Positions 19,338-29,344 of a stretch of DNA of 64,000 bases are shown here, one piece after another. The position numbers and the translations under genes were made by a program. This DNA is from Desulfosoma sp. (lineage in GTDB: Bacteria; Desulfobacterota; Syntrophobacteria; Syntrophobacterales; DSM-9756). The notes under the pieces were generated by a model, which saw nothing but the letters and a program-made list of their open reading frames with translations, was not told the origin of the DNA and did no database searches. The DNA is taken from positions 79,657-143,656 of the forward strand of contig JBBFKW010000014.1 of the NCBI GenBank assembly GCA_037481835.1. Reading direction: 5' to 3'. The stretch's first letter is position 1. Each line of letters begins with the position of its first letter.

Positions 19338-20018
19338 ATGCCTTTTGAAGCCTCATGGGTTCCGTATCGTGATCGAGACCATGCGGGGACGGTTTTGGCG
19401 GAAAAGCTGTCGATGCTGGACCTGGCGTCCCCGCTGGTCTGCGCCGTTCCCAACGGTGGGGTGCCCGTGGCCGTTCCCATCGCCCACGCGCTGCAAGCCC
19501 CTTTAAGGCTTCTTCTCGTGCGCAAGCTCTCTTTTCCCGAAAACCCCGAGGCGGGTTTCGGGGCGGTGACTCTGGACGGCATCGTGCGGCTCAATGAGGA
19601 ACTCATGCGCAGTTTCCGCATTTCCGATGCCGTCGTCCAGCGGCAGAAGGAAAGGGCTCTGGAGAGCCTGCGCGTGCGCGACGAGCGCTTCGGGCCTTTT
19701 TGGACCCGGCTTCCGCCGCTGGAAGAGGCCACGGTCATCGTGGTGGACGACGGCTTGGCGTCGGGTTTGACCATGGAAGCGGCCGTGGCCTCCCTGCGGG
19801 CCCGAAGGGCGCACGGCGTGATTGTCGCCGTGCCCACGGCGTCCATGCAGGCGGTGCGGCGTCTGGAAGCCGTGGCGGACCGCGTGGCGTGCCCTCACAT
19901 CGGGCGGCTTCGCCGATTCGCCGTCGCGGACGCCTACAGCTCCTGGTGCGACCTGGATGAGGACCAGGTCATGGAGGTGCTTGAAAATTTCCGTCGAGTC
20001 CGCGAGGCGGAGTCTTGA
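19338..20018 (+). CDS. Phosphoribosyltransferase-family protein
   Basis: YRDRDHAG, PNGGVPVA, VIVVDDGLASG PRPP-binding loop. Confidence 0.88.
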   Translation: MPFEASWVPYRDRDHAGTVLAEKLSMLDLASPLVCAVPNGGVPVAVPIAHALQAPLRLLLVRKLSFPENPEAGFGAVTLDGIVRLNEELMRSFRISDAVVQRQKERALESLRVRDERFGPFWTRLPPLEEATVIVVDDGLASGLTMEAAVASLRARRAHGVIVAVPTASMQAVRRLEAVADRVACPHIGRLRRFAVADAYSSWCDLDEDQVMEVLENFRRVREAES

Positions 20019-20176
20019 TGTGCTGGAACGGCTCGTGCAAAAAGGCAAGATGCCGCGGATAAGCCCGCGGAGCATGTCAGGCGGGAGGATCAGATCCTGC
20101 GCCGAAAGCATTGCCCGAAACCGCGGCGCCGGGCTGCGCCGGAACAGCCGTCACGAGGGGAGAGGCCACCCAAGGG

Positions 20177-21154
20177 ATGATCGGGATCCTGTCAGAGGAA
20201 ACGGATGCGGCGTGGAACCTCGCCGCGGAAGAATACCTCATGGAGAAAGTGGACGGATGGTGTTTCCTGGTCTACCGAAACGCCCCGTCGGTCGTGGTGG
20301 GCCGAAACCAAAACGCCGCCGCGGAAGCCGACGTCCTTTTCACATGCGAGAACGGCATCCCCGTCTTGCGGCGGATCAGCGGGGGAGGGGCCGTCTATCA
20401 CGACATGGGAAATGTCAACTACGCCTTCATCGAAGCGGAGCGGGAAAGGGGGCGGCGATCCTTCGAGGATTTCATGGAGCCTGTGGCCGCCTTTCTGCGC
20501 TCCGTGGGGGCTCCCGTACAAAAGGACGGACGAAGCGACTTGGGAATCGACGGCTTGAAAATTTCCGGAAACGCCCAGTGTCGCCGTCGGGGAAAGATCC
20601 TGCATCACGGGACCGTGCTCTTCGATGCGGATCTCTCCTTGTTGCAACGCGCCCTGCGTCCGTCCCGCGCGCCCTATGCGGACAAGGCCGTCGCCTCCGT
20701 GAGGCGCCCCGTGACCAACGTCCGGCCCTTCCTGAAACGGGACATGAACGCCGACGATTTTATGGAGCGCCTCTTCGATGCCATGCAGCGCCTGTTCGGT
20801 TTTCGCCGCATCAGCCTCACGCAAGCCGATCGTGAGGCCGTCTCCGACGGGGCTCGAAGAAAATACAAGTCGTGGGAGTGGAACTTCGGGGCGTCTCCGC
20901 CGTATCGGCTGGAAAGGGAGGCGGTCACACCCGGCGGGATCCTTCGAATTCGGCTGGACGTCGTCCGTGGCAAAATCGAAAACGCCCTGCTGGAAGGGGC
21001 CTCAGGAAACGGCGATCTTCTGCGGCGCGTGCAAGAGGCCCTTCGGGGCGTGCCCCATCTTCCCCAGCCGATTCTTGCAGCTCTTGAAAAGACGGCGGCC
21101 CTTCCGGCCTTCTCCCGTGCCGGCATGGAAAACCTGCTGGCGTTTCTTTTCTGA
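20177..21154 (+). CDS. lplA: Lipoate-protein ligase A
   Basis: NLAAEEYL, VVVGRNQN, RRISGGGAVYHDMGN, KISGNAQ, HHGT, SWEWNFG. Confidence 0.92.
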   Translation: MIGILSEETDAAWNLAAEEYLMEKVDGWCFLVYRNAPSVVVGRNQNAAAEADVLFTCENGIPVLRRISGGGAVYHDMGNVNYAFIEAERERGRRSFEDFMEPVAAFLRSVGAPVQKDGRSDLGIDGLKISGNAQCRRRGKILHHGTVLFDADLSLLQRALRPSRAPYADKAVASVRRPVTNVRPFLKRDMNADDFMERLFDAMQRLFGFRRISLTQADREAVSDGARRKYKSWEWNFGASPPYRLEREAVTPGGILRIRLDVVRGKIENALLEGASGNGDLLRRVQEALRGVPHLPQPILAALEKTAALPAFSRAGMENLLAFLF

Positions 21155-21184
21155 GAACCCAAGGCTGCGCGGCCATCTGCGTTC

Positions 21185-21223
21185 CCTTGCCGGGCTGTTC
21201 CATATCGGAACAGCCCGGCAAGG
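21185..21223. terminator. Long hairpin after lplA
   Basis: ccttgccgggctgttcc / ggaacagcccggcaagg inverted repeat; no clear U-tract. Confidence 0.45.
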
Positions 21224-21414
21224 ACAGTGTTCGACATTGGATCGCTTCTGGAGACGGCTTGAATGGGGTCGAATCCCGGAGGCGCAATGGGACACGCCTT
21301 CAGGGAGCGGACCCGGTGAGCATGACCTTTGCCTCTTCTTCCGACGGACCCGGGCGTTTTTCACACTCAGGATCGCTCTTTTGGAAACCGTGCCGTTTGG
21401 AAGAAGGAGACGAG

Positions 21415-21741
21415 ATGAACACCGCGGAAAAAGCTTCGGAAGCCTTTGCAGCCATCCAGAAACATCTTCCCGAGGTTTACGAAAAATACCTGGAATTCAC
21501 GAAGGCCGCTTCGGCCAAAGGAGGACTGAGCGCCAGGGAAAAGGAACTCATCCTCGTCGGCTGTTCGGTCATGTCCCAATGCGACATGTGCATCGCCATC
21601 CACGTGGAAGCGGCGGCGGCCGCCGGGGCGTCCCGCGACGACATCCTCCAGGCCGCTCTCATGGCCGTGGCCATGGGCGGATCCCCGAAGCTCATGTACC
21701 TCAAGTACGTCTTCGAGGCCCTGGAAGATCTCTTCGAATAA
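21415..21741 (+). CDS. Carboxymuconolactone decarboxylase / AhpD family protein
   Basis: RBS AAGGAG; LSAREKELI..QCDMCIAIH (CxxC). Confidence 0.88.
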   Translation: MNTAEKASEAFAAIQKHLPEVYEKYLEFTKAASAKGGLSAREKELILVGCSVMSQCDMCIAIHVEAAAAAGASRDDILQAALMAVAMGGSPKLMYLKYVFEALEDLFE

Positions 21742-21787
21742 GTCGGCGGAGCCCTCGTGTGCCTCGGATCCCGGCGGCCCGGGGGCT

Positions 21788-22102
21788 TCAGCCGAAGAAA
21801 GCATCGCCGCTTCGGTTGCCGAGGCCCGGGTGGGTGTCGAATCGAACGACCCCGACGGGGATCTTTTCCCCGACGGCTTCGGCGACGGCCGCCGCCCCGC
21901 GATGCCCGAACCCGCCGCACAGCTCGACGGCGACGATCCCGTCGGAGGCGACGGCTTGGGCTGCGGCCTGGGCCGCCTGGGCGTAATCTTTGACTCCGAT
22001 GACCAGCAGATGCACCTTCGGGGTGAGGATCCACTGTCGATGGGTTTGCGGGTCGGCGTCCGGGGCGACGAAAAGGAACGCCGCTTTCAAGACCTCGCTC
22101 AT
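21788..22102 (-). CDS. Small conserved protein (DUF6506-like)
   Basis: AAFLFVAPDADP..VELCGGFG..VGVVRFD; overlaps end of acoX. Confidence 0.65.
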   Translation of the reverse strand: MSEVLKAAFLFVAPDADPQTHRQWILTPKVHLLVIGVKDYAQAAQAAAQAVASDGIVAVELCGGFGHRGAAAVAEAVGEKIPVGVVRFDTHPGLGNRSGDAFFG

Positions 22103-23091
22103 TCTTCTCTCCTTTCCACAAAAAGTCCCGATTCCCGTGCGGCCTCCATGACCCTGGGGACCGATACCACGAGAGGGCCGTGGGGGGTGAGGCGCACGGC
22201 CACATCCGACGATGCCTTAAGCTCCACTTCCCTTTCCCCGTCCAGCGCCAAGACGCCCGATCCGGGCCTCAAGGGGTAGGGCCGATGGGGTTCCATGACG
22301 GTAAAGCTTTCCACGGGAACCCGGGCCACCATGCCCGGCGCGATGGGCGCGGTGAATGCCGGCCCGCCGGGGCCCAGGACCACGTGCAGGCCTATGGGTT
22401 CCTCGGGGGCGATGGTCATCATGCGCCCCCCGACGGCGGACAGACCGATGGCGTCGGGCCGGCATCGGGACAGAAAGATTTCGCGCACCTGGGTCACGTC
22501 CCAGATGGCCCGGGCGCCGATGAAGGGGCCCTTGACCGCCGCCGCGTCCACGAGGGCCAGGTCCACGACATGGCCTTCTCGAAGGATTTCCAAGGCGCAG
22601 ACCCGAGTGCACGCCCTCTGCGGAGCGATCCGGCCGGAAGCGATGAACCCCGCGGCGATCCCCCCGACCGTGGCTTCCATGAGGGACGGGAAGACGTTGT
22701 TGGTGCCTGTGGAAACCGCGAGCATGGGCACATCTCGGGACCCCTTGACCGCAGCCCGGCATGTGCCGTCGCCGCCGAGCACGATGAGGCACCCCGTGCC
22801 CTGGGAGGCCATCCAGCGGGCGGCTTCGGTGGAATCGTCCTGGGAATCGCGCACGCGCATGGGCACGGGGACCATGTCCAGGGAAACGGGGCATCCGCGC
22901 AGGGCCCGCTCCACGATGGCATAGCTGTCCGGCATGTAGAAGACCCGACTCACCCCCGCGGCTTGCAGCCCGATGAGGAATCGGCGCACGATCCGGACTT
23001 TTTCCTGGTTGTCGAAAACGCTGCCATGGGCAACCAGTCGGCGGATGTCTTTTCCCGAAGCGGGGTTGGCGATGATGCCGGCTGCGGCCAA
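22099..23091 (-). CDS. acoX: AcoX / ATP-NAD kinase family protein
   Basis: GIIANPASGKDIRRLV, LGGDGT, STGTNNVFP, ALDGERE. Confidence 0.88.
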   Translation of the reverse strand: MAAAGIIANPASGKDIRRLVAHGSVFDNQEKVRIVRRFLIGLQAAGVSRVFYMPDSYAIVERALRGCPVSLDMVPVPMRVRDSQDDSTEAARWMASQGTGCLIVLGGDGTCRAAVKGSRDVPMLAVSTGTNNVFPSLMEATVGGIAAGFIASGRIAPQRACTRVCALEILREGHVVDLALVDAAAVKGPFIGARAIWDVTQVREIFLSRCRPDAIGLSAVGGRMMTIAPEEPIGLHVVLGPGGPAFTAPIAPGMVARVPVESFTVMEPHRPYPLRPGSGVLALDGEREVELKASSDVAVRLTPHGPLVVSVPRVMEAARESGLFVERREE

Positions 23092-23106
23092 GAGCTCCTC
23101 CTTCCG

Positions 23107-24081
23107 TCACCCGCGAATCTTTCGCACCGCGGCCACGATGTCCCCGGCATTGGGCAAAAACGCCTGTTCCAGCGGGGGGGAAAAGGGCACCGGGGTGAAC
23201 GGGGCGGCCACGCGCATGATGGGGCCGTCCAGGTAATCAAAGGCGGCTTCAGCCACTTGAGCGGCGATTTCAGCCCCGAAACCCGCGTGCTTCACGGCCT
23301 CATGGACCACCACCAGGGCGTGGGTCTTCTGCACGGATCGGATGATGGTTTCACTGTCCAAGGGCACCAGGGTCCGCGGGTCCACCACCTCGGCGCTGAT
23401 GCCGTCCCGAGCCAGGATTTCCGCCGCTTCCAGCGCCGTGTGAACCATCTTGGCCGTCGCCACGATGGTCACGTCGTCGCCAAAACGATGGATCGCCGCG
23501 CGGCCGAAAGGCACGGTGTAGATTTCGTCGGGGACGTCCCCTTCCACGCCGTAGAGGAGCTTATGTTCCAGGAAGACCACGGGGTTGTCGTCGCGGATGG
23601 CGCTGATGAGGAGCCCTTTGGCGTCGTAGGGGGTGGCCGGCATGGCCACCTTGAGCCCCGGCACATGGGCGAACCAGGCTTCCAAGGACTGGGAATGCTG
23701 GGCGGCGGCCCCGATCCCGGCCCCTTGAGGGGTGCGCAGCACCATGGGGATCTTGGCCTTGCCCCCGAACATGTAGCGCATCTTGGCGGCTTGATTGAAA
23801 AGCTGGTCCAAGGCGACCCCGATGAAGTCCACGAACATGATCTCGCACACGGGCCGAAGCCCTGCCGCCGCCGCCCCCGTTGCCGCTCCGATGATGGCGC
23901 TTTCGGTGATGGGGGTGTCTTTGACGCGCTTTTCGCCGAAACGCTCGTAAAGCCCCTTGGTGACCCCGAAACAGCCCCCGAAAGGCCCCACATCCTCTCC
24001 CATGATGAAAACATCGGGATCCCGTTCCATTTCCTGGGCCAAGGCTTCGTTGATGGCCTGAAGATATGTCTTGAGAGGCAT
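23107..24081 (-). CDS. acoB: Acetoin dehydrogenase E1 beta subunit
   Basis: GEDVG, DTPITESAI, EIMFVDF, AAAQHSQSLEAW; aco context. Confidence 0.9.
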   Translation of the reverse strand: MPLKTYLQAINEALAQEMERDPDVFIMGEDVGPFGGCFGVTKGLYERFGEKRVKDTPITESAIIGAATGAAAAGLRPVCEIMFVDFIGVALDQLFNQAAKMRYMFGGKAKIPMVLRTPQGAGIGAAAQHSQSLEAWFAHVPGLKVAMPATPYDAKGLLISAIRDDNPVVFLEHKLLYGVEGDVPDEIYTVPFGRAAIHRFGDDVTIVATAKMVHTALEAAEILARDGISAEVVDPRTLVPLDSETIIRSVQKTHALVVVHEAVKHAGFGAEIAAQVAEAAFDYLDGPIMRVAAPFTPVPFSPPLEQAFLPNAGDIVAAVRKIRG

Positions 24082-24151
24082 AGTGTCCTCCTGTGCCTAT
24101 GGCGGATTCGAGCATGCCCTCGCCGAAAGTGCGGGTCGAATCCTTCGTGTT

Positions 24152-25111
24152 TTATGCGTACACGTCTTCCAGGACCTCTTCCGGAGCGGGCAGGGGGCTC
24201 TGTTCCGCAAAAGAGACGGCCTCTTCCAGTTCCTTGGCCACCGCCTCCCGAAGGCTCCGATCCCGATCGTCGGTGAGGATGCCCTGGTCCCGGAGTCTTT
24301 CCCCGAGCCGCTTAATGGGGTCTTTTTCCATCCAGGTTTGGAGTTCCGCTTCATCGCGGTAGGTGCACACGTCCCCTTCGAAATGGCCTCGCCACCGATA
24401 GGTCTTGCACTCGATGAGCGACGGGCCGTCGCCGCGCCGGGCCCGTGCCGCGGCTTCCCCGACGGCTTCATAGACGGCGAGGACATCGTTGCCGTCCACG
24501 ACGACGCCCGGCATGTCGTATGCCGCGGCCCGATCGGCGATGTCGGCCACCGCCATGGACTTGCACGTGGGGCACGAAATGCCGTACCCGTTGTTTTCAT
24601 TGACGAAAATGACGGGAAGCTTCCAGGCGCTGGCCAGGTTCATGGCTTCCTGTGTGGTTCCCTGGTTGGCGGCCCCGTCCCCGAAGAAGCACACGGCCAC
24701 CTGGTCCGTGCCGCGGTACTGGGCGGCCAAGGCCGCCCCGTTGGCGATGGGACCGCCGCCTCCCACGATGCCGTTGGCGCCCAGGATCCCCAGTTCCACA
24801 TCGGCGATGTGCATGGATCCCCCTTTGCCCTTGCAGTATCCCGTCCTCTTGCCGAACAGTTCGGCCATCATGCGCTTGAGGTCGCCGCCTTTGGCGATGA
24901 GGTGTCCGTGGCCGCGATGGGTGCTCGTGATGTAGTCCTTCGGCTGGAGAACGGCGCACGTGCCCGTGGCCACGGCCTCCTCACCGATGTAAAGGTGGAC
25001 GAAGCCGGGAATCTTGCCGGCGGCGAAAAACTCCTGGACCTTGGTTTCAAATTCTCGGATCCGGATCATGGTTTGATACATCTGGAGAAGCTTGTCGTCC
25101 GTGAGTGCCAT
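24152..25111 (-). CDS. acoA: Acetoin dehydrogenase E1 alpha subunit
   Basis: PGFVHLYIGEEA, THRGHGH, GKGGSMH, FFGDGA ThDP motif. Confidence 0.9.
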   Translation of the reverse strand: MALTDDKLLQMYQTMIRIREFETKVQEFFAAGKIPGFVHLYIGEEAVATGTCAVLQPKDYITSTHRGHGHLIAKGGDLKRMMAELFGKRTGYCKGKGGSMHIADVELGILGANGIVGGGGPIANGAALAAQYRGTDQVAVCFFGDGAANQGTTQEAMNLASAWKLPVIFVNENNGYGISCPTCKSMAVADIADRAAAYDMPGVVVDGNDVLAVYEAVGEAAARARRGDGPSLIECKTYRWRGHFEGDVCTYRDEAELQTWMEKDPIKRLGERLRDQGILTDDRDRSLREAVAKELEEAVSFAEQSPLPAPEEVLEDVYA

Positions 25112-25158
25112 GGTAACCCTCCTTGCAGCGCCCCGAAAAAGGATCCCTCGGGGGCCCG

Positions 25159-25524
25159 TTATGGGGTGTCCACAAAAACGGTGACCGCCGCGTTGGCCAC
25201 CACGATGGTGTCACAGCCCGAGGCGAAGCGGTCGACGCACAGGCCGGGGGCTTCCATGCCGCCGGCAACGGCCCGCACGGTCTTCGTGCCGATGGGCACC
25301 TGGGCGGCCACCGCCTCCGCCGCCACCGCCTCGGGATCGGGACAGGCCACGAGGATCTCCACGTGGACCTGATCCAGATCGTCCATGCCCACGATTTCCA
25401 AAAGTCCACACAGACAGCTTCGGCTGACGGCGTCTCGAACCGCCCGGCAGGCGGCCTTGGTGACGTCCCTGCCGTGCAGATCCGCTCCCGTGCCCAGTTC
25501 CACGATGAACCGCTTTCGCGCCAT
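25159..25524 (-). CDS. Lin0512-family protein
   Basis: ELGTGADLHGRDVTKAACRAVRDA..VVANAAVTV. Confidence 0.8.
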   Translation of the reverse strand: MARKRFIVELGTGADLHGRDVTKAACRAVRDAVSRSCLCGLLEIVGMDDLDQVHVEILVACPDPEAVAAEAVAAQVPIGTKTVRAVAGGMEAPGLCVDRFASGCDTIVVANAAVTVFVDTP

Positions 25525-25561
25525 AGGACCGCTCCTTTCCCCCTTGCCCGGCCTTGTCCCG

Positions 25562-26917
25562 TCAGGCGATGAGCGTGGCCGGGTCTTCCAAAAAGTCCGC
25601 CAGAGCCCTGAGGAACCGCATGGCGGGCGCGCCGTCCGTCACCCGGTGGTCGAAGGTGAGGCTGAGCGTCATGAGGTGTCGCACGGCGATGGTCCCCTCG
25701 TGGACGGCCGGTTTGGCGACGACGCGGCTCACGCCCAGAATGGCCGTCTCCGGAGGGTTCAGGATGGGGGTGAAGCCGTCCACCCCGAGCATGCTCACGT
25801 TGGTGATGGTGAACGTGCCGCCTTGAATGTCGTCCAGAGTGAGGCGGCCTTCCCGGGCTTTGGCCGCCAGATCCTTGATGGCGGAGGCCAGGGCGAGGAG
25901 GGGCAAGGTTTGGGCGTTTTTCACGTTGGGCACGATGAGACCGTCTTGGAGGGCGACGGCGATGCCCAGATGGACGTGATCGTGGAGCACGATGCCCTCG
26001 GGGGTGAGCCACGAGTTCATGATGGGATGCCGGGGCAGAGTCCGGCAGACGGCGTAGGCGATGAGATCGTTCAGGGAGAGGCGCGGCATGTCGGGTTGGC
26101 TGAACTTGGCGCGCAGCCGGTCCCGAAGCCCGATGAGGTCCGTGGCGTCGACTTCCACGAAGACGGTGAGCTGCGCCGATTGGTGCAAGCTCGCCGTCAT
26201 GTTGTCGGCGATGGCCTTGCGCATTCCCGAAAAGGGGAGGATCGTGCCCGGAACGGGCGCCGCGGCCGCCTTGTCCGGTTTGGGTTCCTCCCGGGTCGCC
26301 CGGCCCTGTGCGGCCTGCACGGCACGAAGAACATCCGCCTTCGTGATGCGCCCTCCGGGCCCCGTGCCCTGGACGGCCGCCAAATCGATTCCGGCCTGCT
26401 CGGCCAGCTGTTTTGCCTGAGGACTGACGGACGGGCCCTTGTCCTGGAGTTCCTTGTAGGCCCGAACGTCCTGCTCCGTCACGCGCCCTTCAGGCCCCGT
26501 GCCGATCACCGCCGCAAGGTCGATCCCCCATTCCTTGGCGAGACGCCGGGCGATGGGGCTCGCCCGCACAAAAGACGGTTCTCCTCCATCTCGGCCGGGG
26601 GGTGGGCCCTGAGGGGCCGAGGCCGCCTCTTCGGCCTGGAGCGCAGGAGCCCCCTCGGCCAGTCGCTCCGGCTGTTCCCCGGCCTGGGCAATGACCGCCA
26701 CCACCGTTTTCACCGGGACGGTCTGGCCCGCGGGAACCAGGATCTGAAACAGTACTCCGGACGCCGGAGCCTCCACCACATTGGTGATCTTACTCGTTTC
26801 CACTTCAAAAAGGCCTTCCCCTTTTTGGACCGGGTCCCCCTCGGCTTTCAGCCACCGGGTGATCTTCCCCTCGGTCATGGTGAGGCCCCACTTGGGCATG
26901 GCGACATAAACAGGCAC
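25562..26917 (-). CDS. acoC: Dihydrolipoamide acetyltransferase E2 of acetoin dehydrogenase
   Basis: Lipoyl domain ETSKI; two subunit-binding repeats (GTGPxGR); FDHRVTDG catalytic motif. Confidence 0.92.
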   Translation of the reverse strand: MPVYVAMPKWGLTMTEGKITRWLKAEGDPVQKGEGLFEVETSKITNVVEAPASGVLFQILVPAGQTVPVKTVVAVIAQAGEQPERLAEGAPALQAEEAASAPQGPPPGRDGGEPSFVRASPIARRLAKEWGIDLAAVIGTGPEGRVTEQDVRAYKELQDKGPSVSPQAKQLAEQAGIDLAAVQGTGPGGRITKADVLRAVQAAQGRATREEPKPDKAAAAPVPGTILPFSGMRKAIADNMTASLHQSAQLTVFVEVDATDLIGLRDRLRAKFSQPDMPRLSLNDLIAYAVCRTLPRHPIMNSWLTPEGIVLHDHVHLGIAVALQDGLIVPNVKNAQTLPLLALASAIKDLAAKAREGRLTLDDIQGGTFTITNVSMLGVDGFTPILNPPETAILGVSRVVAKPAVHEGTIAVRHLMTLSLTFDHRVTDGAPAMRFLRALADFLEDPATLIA

Positions 26918-26992
26918 AGGGATCCTCCTTCGTTAACGACCTCGTGCGATAGGGCGATGCCGCACCCCGAAGACGCTTCTTCCTGCCTAAGA

Positions 26993-27007
26993 GCAACTTG
27001 AGTGCCA
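26993..27007 (-). promoter_or_regulatory. Sigma54 -24/-12 promoter of aco operon
   Basis: Minus strand TGGCAC-TCAAG-TTGC, 75 bp upstream of acoC. Confidence 0.85.
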
Positions 27008-27103
27008 AAAGGGCGGGGCGGAAAACCCCGTCAGGCGACCGGTCCCTTCGGGGCGGGATCCTGCGCCCCCCGTCCAGGCGCCGGATGGGGTGAAAGTATT
27101 CGG

Positions 27104-27120
27104 TGTTCGAAAATGGAACA
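27104..27120. promoter_or_regulatory. Putative enhancer (UAS) for AcoR
   Basis: TGTTC-N7-GAACA palindrome ~100 bp upstream of the sigma54 promoter. Confidence 0.5.
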
Positions 27121-27271
27121 CAAAGCGCCGGCATGCCGGTGAAAGGGCTTGAGTCTTCCCCCCGGTCGAGGTAATCAAGGGGTAGCATCATGGGAGACAA
27201 TGGGGCGGTGTGTGGGCGTTTCGGCACACGCATCCCGGGCACAGGGTTTCCCGCCGATGGGGGAGGCCGCC

Positions 27272-29344
27272 ATGTACGAGCTTGTTTGGAAGGGGTCCCG
27301 CTTTCAGGTGGTTCGGTCCCAGGGTGAGGACGCGGCGGCGAGGCGCCGGGCCGACCCGAAAAAGGACGCCGAAGGTGTGTTTCGGGGGATCGATCGGGCC
27401 GCATGGCGGGATTACGTCCTTCGCGGGCGCGGCAGTCCTCAGGTGCAGGAGTTGATCCGGCAGTCCTGGTCGCGATGCCTCGATCACGGCGTGGATCCGG
27501 CCGAAGGCAAGTGCTGGGATATTCGCTACGAGCAAGACCTGGGCGAGGAGTATCGTTTCCTCAAGGAGCTCACCCGGGACATTCAAACGGAAATCTACAC
27601 GCTCGTTCAAAACCGGGGGCTCCTCGTGACGGTGAGCGACCGGCGAGGGTACCTGGCGGGGATGGTGGGGGATATCAAAGCCCTGCGGGCCGCCGACAAA
27701 CTGAACTTCGGCCCCGGCGCCAACTGGGGCGAAACGACCGTGGGGACCAACGCCATCGGGACGGCCCTGCGATGCGCCCATGCGCTCCAGGTCCGAGGAC
27801 GGGAACACTTCTGTGAAACTCACCACGGCTGGATCTGTTCCGCCGCCCCCATCTTCGACTGGAACGGGGAACTTTTTGCCTGTTTCGACATCTCGGGACC
27901 GCTGGATTCAAACCACCATCGTGCCCTGGATCTGGCCATGCACGGCGCCCGGATGATCGAAAGCCGCCTGTATCGCTTCAGAGCGGCGCAGGAAGCGGCT
28001 TCTTCGTCGCCCATTGTGCAGACCGTGCTCCATGCCGCACCTTCCGGCCTCCTTTACGCCGATGCCTCAGGGCGCATCGTGGAATCCAACCCCATGGCCT
28101 CGGCCCTGCTCGGCGTTTCGCGCGACCGCATGGTGGGGGCTCGCCTCGAGCAGTTCTTCCATATCAAGGAGTTCCGGTCCATGGTTTGGGCCGGCACGCC
28201 CAGGTCGCGTGGGGATGCCGGGATTCCCGTGCCATGCCTGGGAACCCAGGCCCTCAAGGCGAGCGCTTTTCCCGTGACAAGCCCCAACGGATCCGTGCAG
28301 GGGGCGCTCATCCTCATCGAAGAGGCTCCGCCCGCCCGCAGGACGACCCAGCTCGTGGGCGCGGCGCCTCAAGACCCCTTCCGGGACCTTCTCGGGCACA
28401 GCACCGCGCTGCGTGAAGCGGTGGATCTGGCCCGCCGGGTGGCTTCGACGGACACCACGGTGCTCCTCGTGGGGGAAAGCGGCACGGGAAAAGAGATCCT
28501 CGCCAAGGCCATCCATGCGGCGAGCCGCAGAGCCGACGGGCCGTTCGTGGCCGTCAACTGCGGAGCCATCCCGTCGGGGCTCATCCAAAGCGTTCTTTTC
28601 GGGTACGTGGAAGGGGCGTTCACGGGAGCGCGGCGGGGCGGCAGTCCGGGAAAATTCGAGCAGGCCCACGGCGGGACCCTCTTTCTCGATGAAATCGCCG
28701 AAATGCCCCTGGATATGCAGGTGAATTTGTTGAGGGTCCTGGAAGAAGGGCAGGTGACCCGCGTTGGAGGCACCCGGCCGGCCGCCGTGGATGTGCGCAT
28801 CATCGCGGCGACCCACAGGGATCTTGCGGCGCGGGTCCGGGAAGGGCTGTTCCGGGAAGATCTCTACTACAGGCTGCACGTGGTCCGCATCGTCTTGCCG
28901 CCCCTTCGGGAAAGGGGCGAAGACGTGCTCGTGCTGGCCCGCCACTTTATCGAGCTCGTGTCCCGCAAGCTCGGCCGCTCGGTGCGGCTGATTCTCCCGT
29001 CGTTTTACCGGGCGCTGGCGGCTCACGGCTGGCCGGGGAACGTGCGCGAATTGAGGCATGCCGTTGAAGCCGCCGTGGCCCTCATGCCCGGGGATGTTTT
29101 GGGGGAGGAAAGCCTTCCGGACCACGTGCGAGGCCTTGAGCGGGCGAAGGTTCCGGAAGAAGGGGAAAGGCCTGGGCCCGAAGGGGCGCCGTTTGATCTG
29201 AGAGCCGTCGAGGCGGAAACGATCCGCAGGGCTTACGCCCATTTCCGCGGAAATATTACGGAGACGGCCCGGGCCCTCGGGATCGGGAGGAACACGCTTT
29301 ACGCCAAGCTGCGAAAACTCGGGATCCCGGCCTCATCCCGGTGA
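27272..29344 (+). CDS. acoR: Sigma54-dependent activator (GAF-PAS-AAA-Fis HTH), AcoR-like
   Basis: GTNAIGTAL, GESGTGKE, GAFTGA, LFLDEI, FREDLYYRL, WPGNVREL, C-terminal HTH. Confidence 0.9.
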   Translation: MYELVWKGSRFQVVRSQGEDAAARRRADPKKDAEGVFRGIDRAAWRDYVLRGRGSPQVQELIRQSWSRCLDHGVDPAEGKCWDIRYEQDLGEEYRFLKELTRDIQTEIYTLVQNRGLLVTVSDRRGYLAGMVGDIKALRAADKLNFGPGANWGETTVGTNAIGTALRCAHALQVRGREHFCETHHGWICSAAPIFDWNGELFACFDISGPLDSNHHRALDLAMHGARMIESRLYRFRAAQEAASSSPIVQTVLHAAPSGLLYADASGRIVESNPMASALLGVSRDRMVGARLEQFFHIKEFRSMVWAGTPRSRGDAGIPVPCLGTQALKASAFPVTSPNGSVQGALILIEEAPPARRTTQLVGAAPQDPFRDLLGHSTALREAVDLARRVASTDTTVLLVGESGTGKEILAKAIHAASRRADGPFVAVNCGAIPSGLIQSVLFGYVEGAFTGARRGGSPGKFEQAHGGTLFLDEIAEMPLDMQVNLLRVLEEGQVTRVGGTRPAAVDVRIIAATHRDLAARVREGLFREDLYYRLHVVRIVLPPLRERGEDVLVLARHFIELVSRKLGRSVRLILPSFYRALAAHGWPGNVRELRHAVEAAVALMPGDVLGEESLPDHVRGLERAKVPEEGERPGPEGAPFDLRAVEAETIRRAYAHFRGNITETARALGIGRNTLYAKLRKLGIPASSR

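Noticed and set aside
22180..27001. Long plus-strand ORFs (698, 433, 538 aa)
   Set aside because: Antisense shadows of aco genes
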